This document shows, one piece after another, positions 37,247 through 46,900 of a stretch of DNA of 64,000 nt. Where the stretch lies: the NCBI GenBank assembly GCA_965112635.1, contig OZ218778.1, positions 1,472,001 to 1,536,000 of the forward strand, in the 5' to 3' direction. This DNA comes from an uncultured bacterium. GTDB lineage: Bacteria; Oederibacteriota; Oederibacteriia; Oederibacteriales; Oederibacteriaceae. Below the pieces are notes generated by a model, which had not been told where the DNA came from, searched no databases, and saw nothing but the letters and a program-made list of their open reading frames with translations. Position 1 is the first letter of the stretch. Each line of letters opens with the position of its first letter. Made by a program: the position numbers and the translations under genes.

Positions 37247-39154
37247 ATGGAAAAAACCCAATTAAGTCGCTTGCTCAAGGATATCCAAAAGGTCCGTGTA
37301 GCGGTGCTGGGAGATTTTTGCCTGGATGTTTACTGGTCCCTGGACCTGTCCAAAAGCGAACCTTCGGTGGAGACCGGCCTGAAGACCAATCCCATCAAAA
37401 AGCAAAAATACAGCCTGGGCGGAGCCGGCAACCTGGTCAATAACCTCACGGCTTTGAAGTGCCAGAAGGTCTATGCGCTGGGCGTCATCGGTGATGACCC
37501 CTGGGGACACGAGATGCACCGTCTTTTCAAGGAGCAAAGAGCGGACTCCTCAGGCATCCTGGTCCAAAAGCACGACTGGTCCACCCTGGTTTACATCAAG
37601 CCCTCGGTATTCGATAAAGAGCAGGGCCGGTTTGACAGCGGCAATTTCAACCGCATCTCGGATAAGACCATCAAAACCCTGTTGGCCAAGCTCAAGGCGC
37701 TACTTCCCAAGGTCCATATCGTGATCATCAACCAGCAGATCAAGGACGCCTTGCACAGCCCGGCCATGCGCCAAGAACTGGCCAGGCTCATCAGGAGCAA
37801 TCCCAAGAAAATATTCATCGTGGACTCCCGCGATTACGGCAAGGATTATTTGGGCGCTTATTTAAAGCTCAATGACCACGAGGCAGCCAGGCTGTGCGGG
37901 GTCGTGCGCAGTCCGGAGGCCATGGTCTTGAGGGAAGAGGCGGTCCAGGCAGGGCACAACCTGTTCAAGAAATTCCAAAAGCCGGTGTTCATCACCCGCG
38001 GGGGCAGGGGACTGCTGGTCAGGGACAAAGCAGGCCTGCACGAAATCCCGGCCATACAGGTTTTGAACAAGATAGACCCCTTGGGCGCGGGGGATTCCAC
38101 CCTGGCGGGCATCAGCCTGGCCCTGGGAGCCGGCAGGGACCCGCAAACCGCGGCCCAACTGGGTTCCTTCACGGCTACGGTCACCATCCAAAAGGTTCAC
38201 CAGACCGGCACGGCCTCGCCAGCAGAGGCCTTGGCCGTAGGCACTGACCCGGATTTTATTTATAACCCGGAACTTTCCGAAGACCCCCGCAAAGCGCGTT
38301 TTCATCAGGACACCGAGATAGAGATCGTCACCAAAGCCAGGGAAGGCTTGAACCTTACCCACGCGATCTTTGACCATGATGGCACCATTTCCACCCTGCG
38401 GCAGGGCTGGGAAGCGGTCATGGAAAAGATGATGATAGGGGCCATCTTGGGCGACAAGCTCCAGACCGCTGACGAGTCGCTCTATCTCCATGTCACGGAA
38501 CAGGCCAGGATCTTTATAGACAAGACAACAGGCATTCAAACGATAGAACAGATGGTCGGCCTGGTCTTCCTGGTCCAGGATTTTGGGTGCGTACCTAGGA
38601 AAAAGATCCTGACCCCTGCAGAATATAAAAAGATTTACAACAAATATCTGTTGGAAATGGTGGATGTCAGGCTGAAAAAAATATCCAACCAAGAGCTAGC
38701 CGCTGAGGATTTCATGATCAAAAACTCCAGGGAGTTCTTGAAACAGCTCAGGCAGCAGGGGGTCAAGCTTATCCTGGCCAGCGGGACCGACCAAAAGGAC
38801 GTGGAAAAAGAGGCTAAATTCATGGGCTATGCCGACCTTTTCAACGGCGGCATTTACGGGTCCCAGGGCATTATCAATAAAGACGCGAAAAAGGTGGTCC
38901 TCGACAGGATCATGGCCGACCTGGGAGACCATGTTATGACCGGACTGGCCACTTTTGGGGACGGTCCGGTGGAAATGCGGGAGACCCGCAAAAGAGGCGG
39001 TTTGGCTTGCGGAGTGGCCACGGACGAGATACGCAGGTTCGGGCTCAATCCGGCCAAGCGGACCCGGCTCATCCGGGCAGGGGCAGACCTCATCATCCCG
39101 GATTTTTCCCAGTTGGAAAACATTTTGGAATTCTTAAAGGTGGAACTGTCCTAA
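37247..39154 (+). CDS. PfkB/HldE(RfaE domain I)-like sugar kinase fused to a HAD-family hydrolase
   Basis: AVLGDFCLDVY, LGGAGN, DPLGAGDS; then IFDHDGTISTLRQGWE, LASGTD, FGDGPVE. Confidence 0.85.
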   Translation: MEKTQLSRLLKDIQKVRVAVLGDFCLDVYWSLDLSKSEPSVETGLKTNPIKKQKYSLGGAGNLVNNLTALKCQKVYALGVIGDDPWGHEMHRLFKEQRADSSGILVQKHDWSTLVYIKPSVFDKEQGRFDSGNFNRISDKTIKTLLAKLKALLPKVHIVIINQQIKDALHSPAMRQELARLIRSNPKKIFIVDSRDYGKDYLGAYLKLNDHEAARLCGVVRSPEAMVLREEAVQAGHNLFKKFQKPVFITRGGRGLLVRDKAGLHEIPAIQVLNKIDPLGAGDSTLAGISLALGAGRDPQTAAQLGSFTATVTIQKVHQTGTASPAEALAVGTDPDFIYNPELSEDPRKARFHQDTEIEIVTKAREGLNLTHAIFDHDGTISTLRQGWEAVMEKMMIGAILGDKLQTADESLYLHVTEQARIFIDKTTGIQTIEQMVGLVFLVQDFGCVPRKKILTPAEYKKIYNKYLLEMVDVRLKKISNQELAAEDFMIKNSREFLKQLRQQGVKLILASGTDQKDVEKEAKFMGYADLFNGGIYGSQGIINKDAKKVVLDRIMADLGDHVMTGLATFGDGPVEMRETRKRGGLACGVATDEIRRFGLNPAKRTRLIRAGADLIIPDFSQLENILEFLKVELS

Positions 39155-39178
39155 AAAAGGACAGGAAATAGAGACGAC

Positions 39179-39790
39179 TTGAAACCTGTTTTTCTTTTTG
39201 ACATAGGCATGGTGATGATAGATTTTGACCTGAACATCCTGTTCGACCGGATAAGCAGGATGACCTCCATCCCCGTGGAGAAAGTTTGGGAGGAACGCAA
39301 CCGCGACATAGTGAGCGTGGAAACAGGCAGGATGTCCAGCCAGGACTATTTCAAAAAGAAAGCGCGGGCCTGGTCCCTGGATTGGGATTACAACCAGTGG
39401 CTGAGCGCCTGGGCTGAGATCTACTGGACCAATGAAAAGGGACGCAGCCTGTTCCTGTCCCTGAAAAAACAGGGTTATCCTGTGTGCATTGTGAGCAATT
39501 TGGCGGAGTTTAATAAGCTGGCCCTGGAACTAAAAAATCCGGGATTTTTTGAGGCAAGCACCAGAAATTTTTTGTCCTATGAGCTGGGTCTCCTAAAGCC
39601 CGACCTTAAAATTTATCAGGCCGTATGCCGGGCGCTGGGAGTTCAGCCCGAACAGTGCACTTTTATTGATGACCTGGCGGAGAACATAGCCGGCGCCCAG
39701 GCAGCTGGGATGAAGGCCGTCCATTTCAGGCAGGACAATTTTTCTGAGGTTGTCCGGGAGATAGAAAAGATAAAATCTGTTTCAAGGTAG
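39179..39790 (+). CDS. HAD-family phosphatase (YihX-like)
   Basis: LFDIGMV, VSN, LSYELGLLKPD, FIDDLAENI..A...GM. Confidence 0.88.
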   Translation: MKPVFLFDIGMVMIDFDLNILFDRISRMTSIPVEKVWEERNRDIVSVETGRMSSQDYFKKKARAWSLDWDYNQWLSAWAEIYWTNEKGRSLFLSLKKQGYPVCIVSNLAEFNKLALELKNPGFFEASTRNFLSYELGLLKPDLKIYQAVCRALGVQPEQCTFIDDLAENIAGAQAAGMKAVHFRQDNFSEVVREIEKIKSVSR

Positions 39791-39814
39791 ACTTATTTTC
39801 TGATAGGAGATGTT

Positions 39815-40927
39815 ATGAACAAACCCAAAAGACCGATGCTGAACAGGGCGGAGTTGAAATTCAAGCCCTTGTCCCAGAGGAAAAACCGGCAGATGGCTGA
39901 CCGGGATATGATAGATGTTTCTAAGGAGCCGCATCCCCTGACGGATGATTCAGCTAAAGTATTGGCCCTGGCCATCCAGCGTATCAAAAAAGCCAAGGAA
40001 CAAAAAAAACCAGTGATAATGGCTTTTGGCGCTCATACCATCAAGAACGGCTTGGGGCCGGTCCTCATTAAATTGATAGAAGAAGGCTGGGTTACCCATT
40101 TGGCCACCAATGGCGCCGGCGTCATCCATGACTGGGAGTTCTCTTACCTGGGCCAGACCAGCGAACATGTGCAGGAAAACGTCAAAAAAGGGGAGTTTGG
40201 CAATTGGGAAGAGACGGGCCGTTACATCAATATGGCCATCAATGTGGGTGCTTATGAAGGGCTGGGTTATGGCGAGGCCGTAGGTTCTCTTATCTTAAAC
40301 GAAGGGTTTCGAATACCCACTGTGGATGAGCTGAACCATGACCTACCGGCATTGATAAAAGATGATCCGGATAAGGCTGCTGCCGGGGCTGACCTTCTGT
40401 ATTTGCACAAGAATTTTAAACTCTCCTCGGGCTGGAACAGCGTCAAGCATTCCTGGAAACAGTTCAGCATTCAGGCGGCCAGCCTCAAGCTGGGCGTGCC
40501 TTTTACCAGCCATCCCATGTTCGGGCATGACATCATTTACAACCATCCGCTCAATTGCGGGGCGGCCATCGGACGCGCGGCCCAGAGGGATTTCCTGTGC
40601 TTTGCCGAAGGCGTAAGCAGGATATCCGGCGGAGTATACCTTTCGGTGGGGTCTGCGGTGATGTCGCCGATGATATTTGAAAAATCAATGTCTATGGCCC
40701 AGAACCTGGCCCTGCAGCGGGGTGAAGAGATGAAAAATCATTTCATCCTGGTGGTGGACGTAGCACCGGCGACCTGGGACTGGGCCAAGGGCGAACCGCC
40801 GGAGCACAACCCGGCCTATTACCAGAGGTATAACAAATCTTTCAACCGGATGGGCGGGGAGATGAGATATCTCAGCGCCGACAACCGGGATTTCCTGCTG
40901 TCCCTGTACCAACAACTCCATCGGTAA
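39815..40927 (+). CDS. Deoxyhypusine-synthase-like fold protein of unknown function (GSU2086-like)
   Basis: FGAHTIKNGLGP, LATNGAGVIHDWE, TSHPMFGHDII, GSAVMSPMIFEK. Confidence 0.65.
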   Translation: MNKPKRPMLNRAELKFKPLSQRKNRQMADRDMIDVSKEPHPLTDDSAKVLALAIQRIKKAKEQKKPVIMAFGAHTIKNGLGPVLIKLIEEGWVTHLATNGAGVIHDWEFSYLGQTSEHVQENVKKGEFGNWEETGRYINMAINVGAYEGLGYGEAVGSLILNEGFRIPTVDELNHDLPALIKDDPDKAAAGADLLYLHKNFKLSSGWNSVKHSWKQFSIQAASLKLGVPFTSHPMFGHDIIYNHPLNCGAAIGRAAQRDFLCFAEGVSRISGGVYLSVGSAVMSPMIFEKSMSMAQNLALQRGEEMKNHFILVVDVAPATWDWAKGEPPEHNPAYYQRYNKSFNRMGGEMRYLSADNRDFLLSLYQQLHR

Positions 40928-40975
40928 ATATTGTCTGTTATTATTTAAAATCTTATTTTAAGGAGGAATATTTCA

Positions 40976-42964
40976 ATGAATAATTTCCAACCCCCCTATC
41001 TGGGAGCTGCGTATTATCCGGAGGACTGGCCCCAGGAGTTTGAGGACAAAGATATCACTATCATGAAAGAAGTCGGGATGAATGTGATGCGCATCGCCGA
41101 GTTTGCCTGGAGCAGTATGGAGCCCAAAGAAGGGCAGTATGATTTTGAGTGGCTGCACCGCATCGTGGACAAGCTGGGCAAGGCGGACATCGCGGTCATC
41201 ATTGGCACGCCCACCTGCACTCCGCCCATATGGCTGGTGGAAAAACACCCCGAAGTCCTGTTCATGACCGAGAACGGAGAGCGCCAGACCCACGGCGCCC
41301 GGGAGCATAGGTGCCCCAACCACCCGGTTTACCGGGACTATACCCGGCGTATCGTGACCAGGATGGGCCAGGAGTTCGGCAAGAATGACACGGTCATCGG
41401 ATGGCAGATCGACAACGAAGTTTACGGGTTCGCCAACAAGACCTGCATGTGCCCGGTCTGCATGGAACTGTTCGCCAAGTGGATGGAAAAAAAATATAAG
41501 ACCATCGACGCCCTGAACAAAGCCTGGTGCAACGCTCTGTGGAGCCAGACTTACCAGTCCTTTTCCCAGCTGCCCAAACCTGAGGAAAAGATATGGCACC
41601 ATCCGGCCCTGACAGCGGCGTGGCGGGAGTTCCACTCTGTTTCCTACGCGGATTTCGTCAAGTTCCAGGCGGACATTTTGCACAAGCTGGTCAAACAGCC
41701 TGTGGGCACGGACATGATGCCCACGCCGGGACTGGATTACGGGACCATGCACCAGAGCCTGGATATCGTGGAGCACAACCACTACCACAATATGACCAAC
41801 CTCTGGGAAGCCCCCTTTTGGTACGACATGATACGGCCCCTCAAAAAAGTCCCTTTTTGGAACACCGAAACCCAGACCACCTGGTCAGCCGGCGTTTATA
41901 TCCGGGACGGCTATAAAGAGCCCGGGTGGGGCGTAGCCAACTCCTGGATGCCCATTGCCCTGGGCGGGGAAGCCAATCTTTACTGGCTCTGGCGCCAGCA
42001 CTATGCCGGGCAGGAGCTGGAGCACGGGGCCGTCATCACGACCCAAGGCCGGTTCATGTATCCGGTGGAGGAGGTCAAAAATATCGCCAGGGGTTTTGTG
42101 GCGGCACGGGAGTTCATCAACGACACCAGACCCGTCAAGACCGGGATCGCCATGCATTTTTCCCACCGGGCTTCGTGGATGATGGACGAACAGCCTCTGA
42201 TCCAGAAATTCAACTACATGCGTTACCTCCTGGAAAAGGTTTATCATCCCATGATCCAGAGCCAACTGCGACCTGATGTCATCCTGCCCGCTTTGGAAAT
42301 GAGCCCCTACAAAATGATCGTGTCCCCGTTCCTGATGACCCTGGAGATGGACGGCCTCAAACAACTGCTGAAACAGTGGATAGAGGACGGCGGGATCTGG
42401 GTGGCCGGGCCAGCCACGGATATCCGCAATATCGACGGTGGCAAATATTTTCACGCGCCTTTTGGCGTCTTGGAGGACTGGGCCGGGGTTACCTGCAAGT
42501 TCAGCCTGCCGGGCCTGCCCCGCGAATTTAAAGTGAACTGGGGCGGAGGCAAAATTTCCCAGGGTTCTTACTGGTATGATGCCCTGGTGCCCAAACCAGG
42601 CACCAAAGCTCTGGCTACTTATAAAGAAGGGCCTATGGCCGGGTCAGCGGCGGTCACATACCGCAAAATGGGTAAGGGCGCAGTGGTGCTTTTAGGCACC
42701 CTGCCTCAGCCGGCGGATTTGCAGGCTTTGCTGGCCAAACTGGCCAAAGAAGCGGGAGTAGAAACTTCAGCCAAAGCCTCGCCGAACCTGATGGTCGTGC
42801 CGCGCAAGGGCTCCACATATGAGGGACTGATGGTGGTGGAGCATGAAAACAAGCCGGCTACCCTGTCGCTCAAAAAACCCATGGTCAACCTTTTGGACGG
42901 CAAGACCTACAAGGGCAATATTAAGGTCAAACCCTACCAGGTGATGGTGCTCAGCCTCCGGTAA
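40976..42964 (+). CDS. GH42 beta-galactosidase
   Basis: GAAYYPEDW, RIAEFAWSSMEP, GTPTCTPP, WQIDNE (acid/base), NTETQ (nucleophile), trimerisation domain. Confidence 0.9.
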   Translation: MNNFQPPYLGAAYYPEDWPQEFEDKDITIMKEVGMNVMRIAEFAWSSMEPKEGQYDFEWLHRIVDKLGKADIAVIIGTPTCTPPIWLVEKHPEVLFMTENGERQTHGAREHRCPNHPVYRDYTRRIVTRMGQEFGKNDTVIGWQIDNEVYGFANKTCMCPVCMELFAKWMEKKYKTIDALNKAWCNALWSQTYQSFSQLPKPEEKIWHHPALTAAWREFHSVSYADFVKFQADILHKLVKQPVGTDMMPTPGLDYGTMHQSLDIVEHNHYHNMTNLWEAPFWYDMIRPLKKVPFWNTETQTTWSAGVYIRDGYKEPGWGVANSWMPIALGGEANLYWLWRQHYAGQELEHGAVITTQGRFMYPVEEVKNIARGFVAAREFINDTRPVKTGIAMHFSHRASWMMDEQPLIQKFNYMRYLLEKVYHPMIQSQLRPDVILPALEMSPYKMIVSPFLMTLEMDGLKQLLKQWIEDGGIWVAGPATDIRNIDGGKYFHAPFGVLEDWAGVTCKFSLPGLPREFKVNWGGGKISQGSYWYDALVPKPGTKALATYKEGPMAGSAAVTYRKMGKGAVVLLGTLPQPADLQALLAKLAKEAGVETSAKASPNLMVVPRKGSTYEGLMVVEHENKPATLSLKKPMVNLLDGKTYKGNIKVKPYQVMVLSLR

Positions 42965-42989
42965 AAGTCGAACAAGGGGAGAGTCCTGA

Positions 42990-44660
42990 GTGGCCGAAAG
43001 AGTTTGGCTGAAATCTTATGATCCACAGGTAAAGCAGGAGTTTTCTTTTCCAGACCTGACCCTGCCGCAAATGCTGGAGCGGACCTGTCAGCTGTGGCCG
43101 AAACAAACCGCCTTTGATTTTTTCGGTTTTCGGATGAGCTATGCCAAGCTCCAGGAGCAAGTATGGAGCATGGCCCAGGGTTTGGCCGGCCTGGGGGTCA
43201 AAAAGGGTGACCGGGTGGGCATTATCCTGCCCAACTGTCCGCAGGCGGTCATTGGTTTTTACGCGGCCTTAAGCCTGGGCGCCAGCGTGGTCCAGCACAA
43301 TCCCCTGTATTCCGAAGAGGAGCTGGAAGCCCAGCTCATTGATGCCGGGGTCACCAGCCTCATTGTCCTGGACCAGTTGTATCCCAAGATCAAGTCCATT
43401 AGGTCCAGGACCAAGCTGCGGCACATCCTGGTCTGCCGCGTTTCTGAATATTTGCCTTTCACTTTACGGTGCTGCCTGGGTGTCGCCAACCTGTTCAAGA
43501 AAAAGCGGGACAGGGTCGGGAAAGAACCGGGAGTCTATTCCTGGAAAAAATTCCTGAAAAAGCACTGGCCCCTGCGTCCGGCCGTGCAGTTCAAACCCGG
43601 CCATGTCGCCCTCATCCAGTACACGGGCGGGACCACGGGAGTTTCCAAGGGCGCTTTGCTGACCCACCGCAACCTGGTGGCCAACGCGGTCCAGAGCCGG
43701 TCCTGGGTCTGGGATATGCAGGAAGGCCGCGAGTCCATGCTTTGCGTGGCGCCTTTTTTCCACTGCTACGGCCTGACCGTGGGCATGAATTTGGGGATTT
43801 ACGCGGGCTGCACCCTGGTATTGCTCCCGCAATTCCAGGTCTATCAGGTCTTAAAAACGATAGAACGGACCCGGGCGAGCGTTTTTCCAGGCATCCCGGC
43901 CATGTACAATGTCATCAACAACGCGGCCCATGTGAAAAGGTATGATATTACCTGCGTCCGCTACTGTATTTCCGGGGCCGCGCCATTGCCTCTGGAGGTA
44001 GCTGAAAAGTTCGAAGAGCTGACCGGAGGCAGGCTGGTGGAAGGTTTCGGCCTGACCGAAGCCTCGCCCGTAACCCATTGCAATCCCCTGGGAGGAACGC
44101 GTAAAAAGGGGTCCATTGGCGTGCCTTTGCCCGGGACTGAGGCGGCTATCCTGGATATGGAACAGGGGGGCAGGGAGCTCAAACCAGGAGAGGTGGGGGA
44201 GATGGTCGTCAGGGGGCCTCAGGTGATGAAAGGATACTGGAACAGGGAAAGCGAGAACAAAACCTCCCTGCGGGACGGCTGGCTTTTTACCGGAGACTTG
44301 GCCATGATGGATGAAGAGGGCTATTTTTTCATCAAGGAACGCAAAAAGGACCTGATCAAATGCGGAGGAGAGAATGTGTATCCCGGTGAAGTAGAGGCCG
44401 TCCTTTTGAAACACCCCAAGGTAAAAGAGACCGTGGTCTTCGGCGTCCCCGAAAAATTCCACGGCGAGGTGGTCAAGGCCCTGGTGGTGCTCCAAGAGGG
44501 CGAGAGCGAAGAAGCCCACGCCATCCAGCATTTTTGCCGGCAGCATCTGGCGAAATTTGAAGTACCCCGGGTCATCGAGATCGTCAGCGAAATACCCCAT
44601 AAGGACCTGCTGGGCAAAGTACGGCGCAGGAAGTTGAGGGAGGAGGCGGCAAGACCATGA
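42990..44660 (+). CDS. fadD: Long-chain fatty acid-CoA ligase
   Basis: YTGGTTGVSKG, EGFGLTEASP, GPQVMKGYW, TGDLA, GENVYP, GKVRR. Confidence 0.9.
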   Translation: MAERVWLKSYDPQVKQEFSFPDLTLPQMLERTCQLWPKQTAFDFFGFRMSYAKLQEQVWSMAQGLAGLGVKKGDRVGIILPNCPQAVIGFYAALSLGASVVQHNPLYSEEELEAQLIDAGVTSLIVLDQLYPKIKSIRSRTKLRHILVCRVSEYLPFTLRCCLGVANLFKKKRDRVGKEPGVYSWKKFLKKHWPLRPAVQFKPGHVALIQYTGGTTGVSKGALLTHRNLVANAVQSRSWVWDMQEGRESMLCVAPFFHCYGLTVGMNLGIYAGCTLVLLPQFQVYQVLKTIERTRASVFPGIPAMYNVINNAAHVKRYDITCVRYCISGAAPLPLEVAEKFEELTGGRLVEGFGLTEASPVTHCNPLGGTRKKGSIGVPLPGTEAAILDMEQGGRELKPGEVGEMVVRGPQVMKGYWNRESENKTSLRDGWLFTGDLAMMDEEGYFFIKERKKDLIKCGGENVYPGEVEAVLLKHPKVKETVVFGVPEKFHGEVVKALVVLQEGESEEAHAIQHFCRQHLAKFEVPRVIEIVSEIPHKDLLGKVRRRKLREEAARP

Positions 44661-45616
44661 ATAGGCTTATCACCACGGTAACTTTGAACCCCACCTGGGA
44701 TTACCGCCTGCGGGTGGACAAGCTTTATCCCGGCCAAGTGCATGTGGCCAATATGCACCAGCTTTACCCAGGCGGCAAGGGCATCAATGTGGCCAGGGCT
44801 CTCAGGCGCCTGGGCATGCCTGTGCTAGCTACGGGGCTGGCCGGAAGCCAGGAACTGAGAGAGTACGCCAAGACCCTCAGGGATGGAGAGAAGATACGCA
44901 ACGATTTTTGCGGAGTGCCCGGCCAGATCAGGAGATGCGTGCTGCTCAATGACCAATTCCGGGGGGAGGACACAGTCATCAACCTGCCTTCCTTATTCAA
45001 AGTCCAAGCCAGGCATTTCCAAGACCTGCTCAAAAAAGTTGAACGCTACGCCGGGCAAAGCGACCTGGTCACTTTTTCCGGTACTTTGGCCCAGAATATG
45101 CGGCCGGATTCTTACGCCCAGCTGATAGAGGCCGCGCACCGGGCCGGGGCCATCGCTTTTCTGGACATCAGGGAAAAACCTCTTCTGCTGGCCTTGCCTA
45201 AAAATCCTTTTCTGGTCAAACTGACCCAAAAAGAATATGAAAAAACATTCGGCAGTAAGTTGTCTGGCGGCTTTAAATCAAAGGTAAAAGCTCTGGTCAG
45301 GCTGAGACAGATGGGCGCGGAGATGGTGCTGATGACTTTGGGAGAAAAAGGGAGCTTGTGCCTGGCTGGAAGGGAAGTGTGGCGGGCTTGGACCACCCAA
45401 AAAATATCCGGGGCCGCGGCCACCGGTTCAGGCGACGCTTTTTTGGCGGGGTTTTGCAAGGCTTACCTGGAAAAACAGACCCTGGCTGAGGTGCTGCGAT
45501 ATGCCACGGCCACGGCCATTTCCAGCCTCCTGAATCTGGGTTCAGGGTTTGTCCAGCCCAGGCAGGTCCAGGAATGGGTCAAGCGGGTCAAAGTGCAGCG
45601 GGTCGCGAAGATTTGA
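44657..45616 (+). CDS. 1-phosphofructokinase/tagatose-6-phosphate kinase family hexose kinase
   Basis: TVTLNP, GGKGINVAR, FSGTL, TLGEKG, TGSGDAFLAG. Confidence 0.88.
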   Translation: MNRLITTVTLNPTWDYRLRVDKLYPGQVHVANMHQLYPGGKGINVARALRRLGMPVLATGLAGSQELREYAKTLRDGEKIRNDFCGVPGQIRRCVLLNDQFRGEDTVINLPSLFKVQARHFQDLLKKVERYAGQSDLVTFSGTLAQNMRPDSYAQLIEAAHRAGAIAFLDIREKPLLLALPKNPFLVKLTQKEYEKTFGSKLSGGFKSKVKALVRLRQMGAEMVLMTLGEKGSLCLAGREVWRAWTTQKISGAAATGSGDAFLAGFCKAYLEKQTLAEVLRYATATAISSLLNLGSGFVQPRQVQEWVKRVKVQRVAKI

Positions 45617-45680
45617 TGCTTTCCATGAACAAAATGGGTTAGAATGCAAACAATATTGGAAATTGCCTGAAAGGAATAAA

Positions 45681-45796
45681 CTTCCCCGCCCCAAGTGGCG
45701 GGGTATTCGTAAGGAGGAATTTATGATGTTTGTTACTCCTCCGCCTTCGGCTTCGGGCTACCATTCATCCCCGCCGCAAGCGGCGGGGTATTCTGG
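45681..45796. mobile_element. Second non-autonomous IS200/IS605-like palindromic element
   Basis: CTT-CCCCGCCCCAAGTGGCGGGG-TATT (45684-45703) and TTCAT-CCCCGCCGCAAGCGGCGGGG-TATTCT (45769-45788). Confidence 0.65.
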
Positions 45797-45812
45797 CAGT
45801 AGTAATAATGTC

Positions 45813-46889
45813 TTGTTCAAAAGCCGCGTGGTTTTGTTAGCAGTCCTGCTCCTGCTTGCCTTTGCTCCGGTAATGCAAGCAACCGAATCCGACGAATCCG
45901 ATACACCGTTCAAAGCCGTCGTGTCCGGCTTAAAGGCCTATAACAGGGAAGGCCAGACTTTCCTCACCTGGGACCAGGCCCCGGAAGCGCAGGCCTACCG
46001 GCTGTATTGTTCCAGCAAACCTATCAATTCCGAGAACGCCGCCAAGGCCAAGGTTTTAGTCCCCAACATCCCCAAAAACAGCAGCCAGACCAACCTCACA
46101 GGCTGGCCTTTGGACACTTTTACCCTGTCGGACATGGGTGAGCCTTTGGTGGTCAACAAGGGGCTATGCGTGGTCAAGGCCGAGCGGGAAGCCAAAGTCT
46201 ACTACGCCGTCACCTGCCTCAACGTGGCCGGGGAAGAGTATCGCTCATTCAAGCTGAGGAGGAATTCCCTGTCCAGCCCTGTCCGGGAAAAGACCGGGCC
46301 GGGCAAACCCGTGCTCCAGCGGCTCGCGGACGCGGGGGGCAAGGGAGAGCAGGAGTTCAGCTATGTCCTTTGGCTGGGCCAGGCAGCACCCCTGCAGCCG
46401 ATGTTTTTCAGGATCATGCTGGGACCCAATTTCAGCGGGGTCCTGGAGCATCCCCTGATGGTTTTTTGCGGTTCTACCAGCGCGGACCTTCATTATCCAC
46501 CCCAGTCTGTCTACGTATACTTGGACCAGATGGGCCAGGCCGACGAGGTCAAGGACGCGGTTTTGCCCTGGCTGGCCAATGAATACCATGCGGATAAAGA
46601 AAAAGTCTTTGTTTTCGGCGCCCAGGGCGGAGCCGGTTCTGCTCTGAGTTTGGCCAGCGCCAAAAAGAAGCTTTTTTTCACGGCCGGCGTCATCAACGAC
46701 CCTTTATTCAGTGAGTCTGACCTGGCCCTTTTGAGAGATGGGCAAACCGCGCTTCCTCCTCTTTACTTTTTCCTGGACCCGCCAGAGCAGGTCAAAAAAT
46801 CTTTGGAACAGGGCAAACGGCACTATGAGGTCTTTGTGGAAGCGGACAAGAACAAGGTTTTTGAAGCCAAACCAGCAGGGAATCCCTGA
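45813..46889 (+). CDS. Secreted protein with FN3-like N-domain and degenerate alpha/beta-hydrolase-like C-domain (start TTG 45813 or ATG 45723)
   Basis: Signal peptide VVLLAVLLLLAFAPVMQA, GQTFLTW..Y.LY, YYAVT; VFVFGAQGGAG at the nucleophile-elbow position. Confidence 0.55.
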   Translation: MFKSRVVLLAVLLLLAFAPVMQATESDESDTPFKAVVSGLKAYNREGQTFLTWDQAPEAQAYRLYCSSKPINSENAAKAKVLVPNIPKNSSQTNLTGWPLDTFTLSDMGEPLVVNKGLCVVKAEREAKVYYAVTCLNVAGEEYRSFKLRRNSLSSPVREKTGPGKPVLQRLADAGGKGEQEFSYVLWLGQAAPLQPMFFRIMLGPNFSGVLEHPLMVFCGSTSADLHYPPQSVYVYLDQMGQADEVKDAVLPWLANEYHADKEKVFVFGAQGGAGSALSLASAKKKLFFTAGVINDPLFSESDLALLRDGQTALPPLYFFLDPPEQVKKSLEQGKRHYEVFVEADKNKVFEAKPAGNP

Positions 46890-46900
46890 AAGGAACTTTA

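Noticed and set aside
7024-38692. Long antisense ORFs (e.g. 7024..8040, 25483..26676, 31967..33016, 33238..34374, 37862..38692)
   Set aside because: Shadows of well-supported + strand genes caused by GC3 bias; no recognisable motifs
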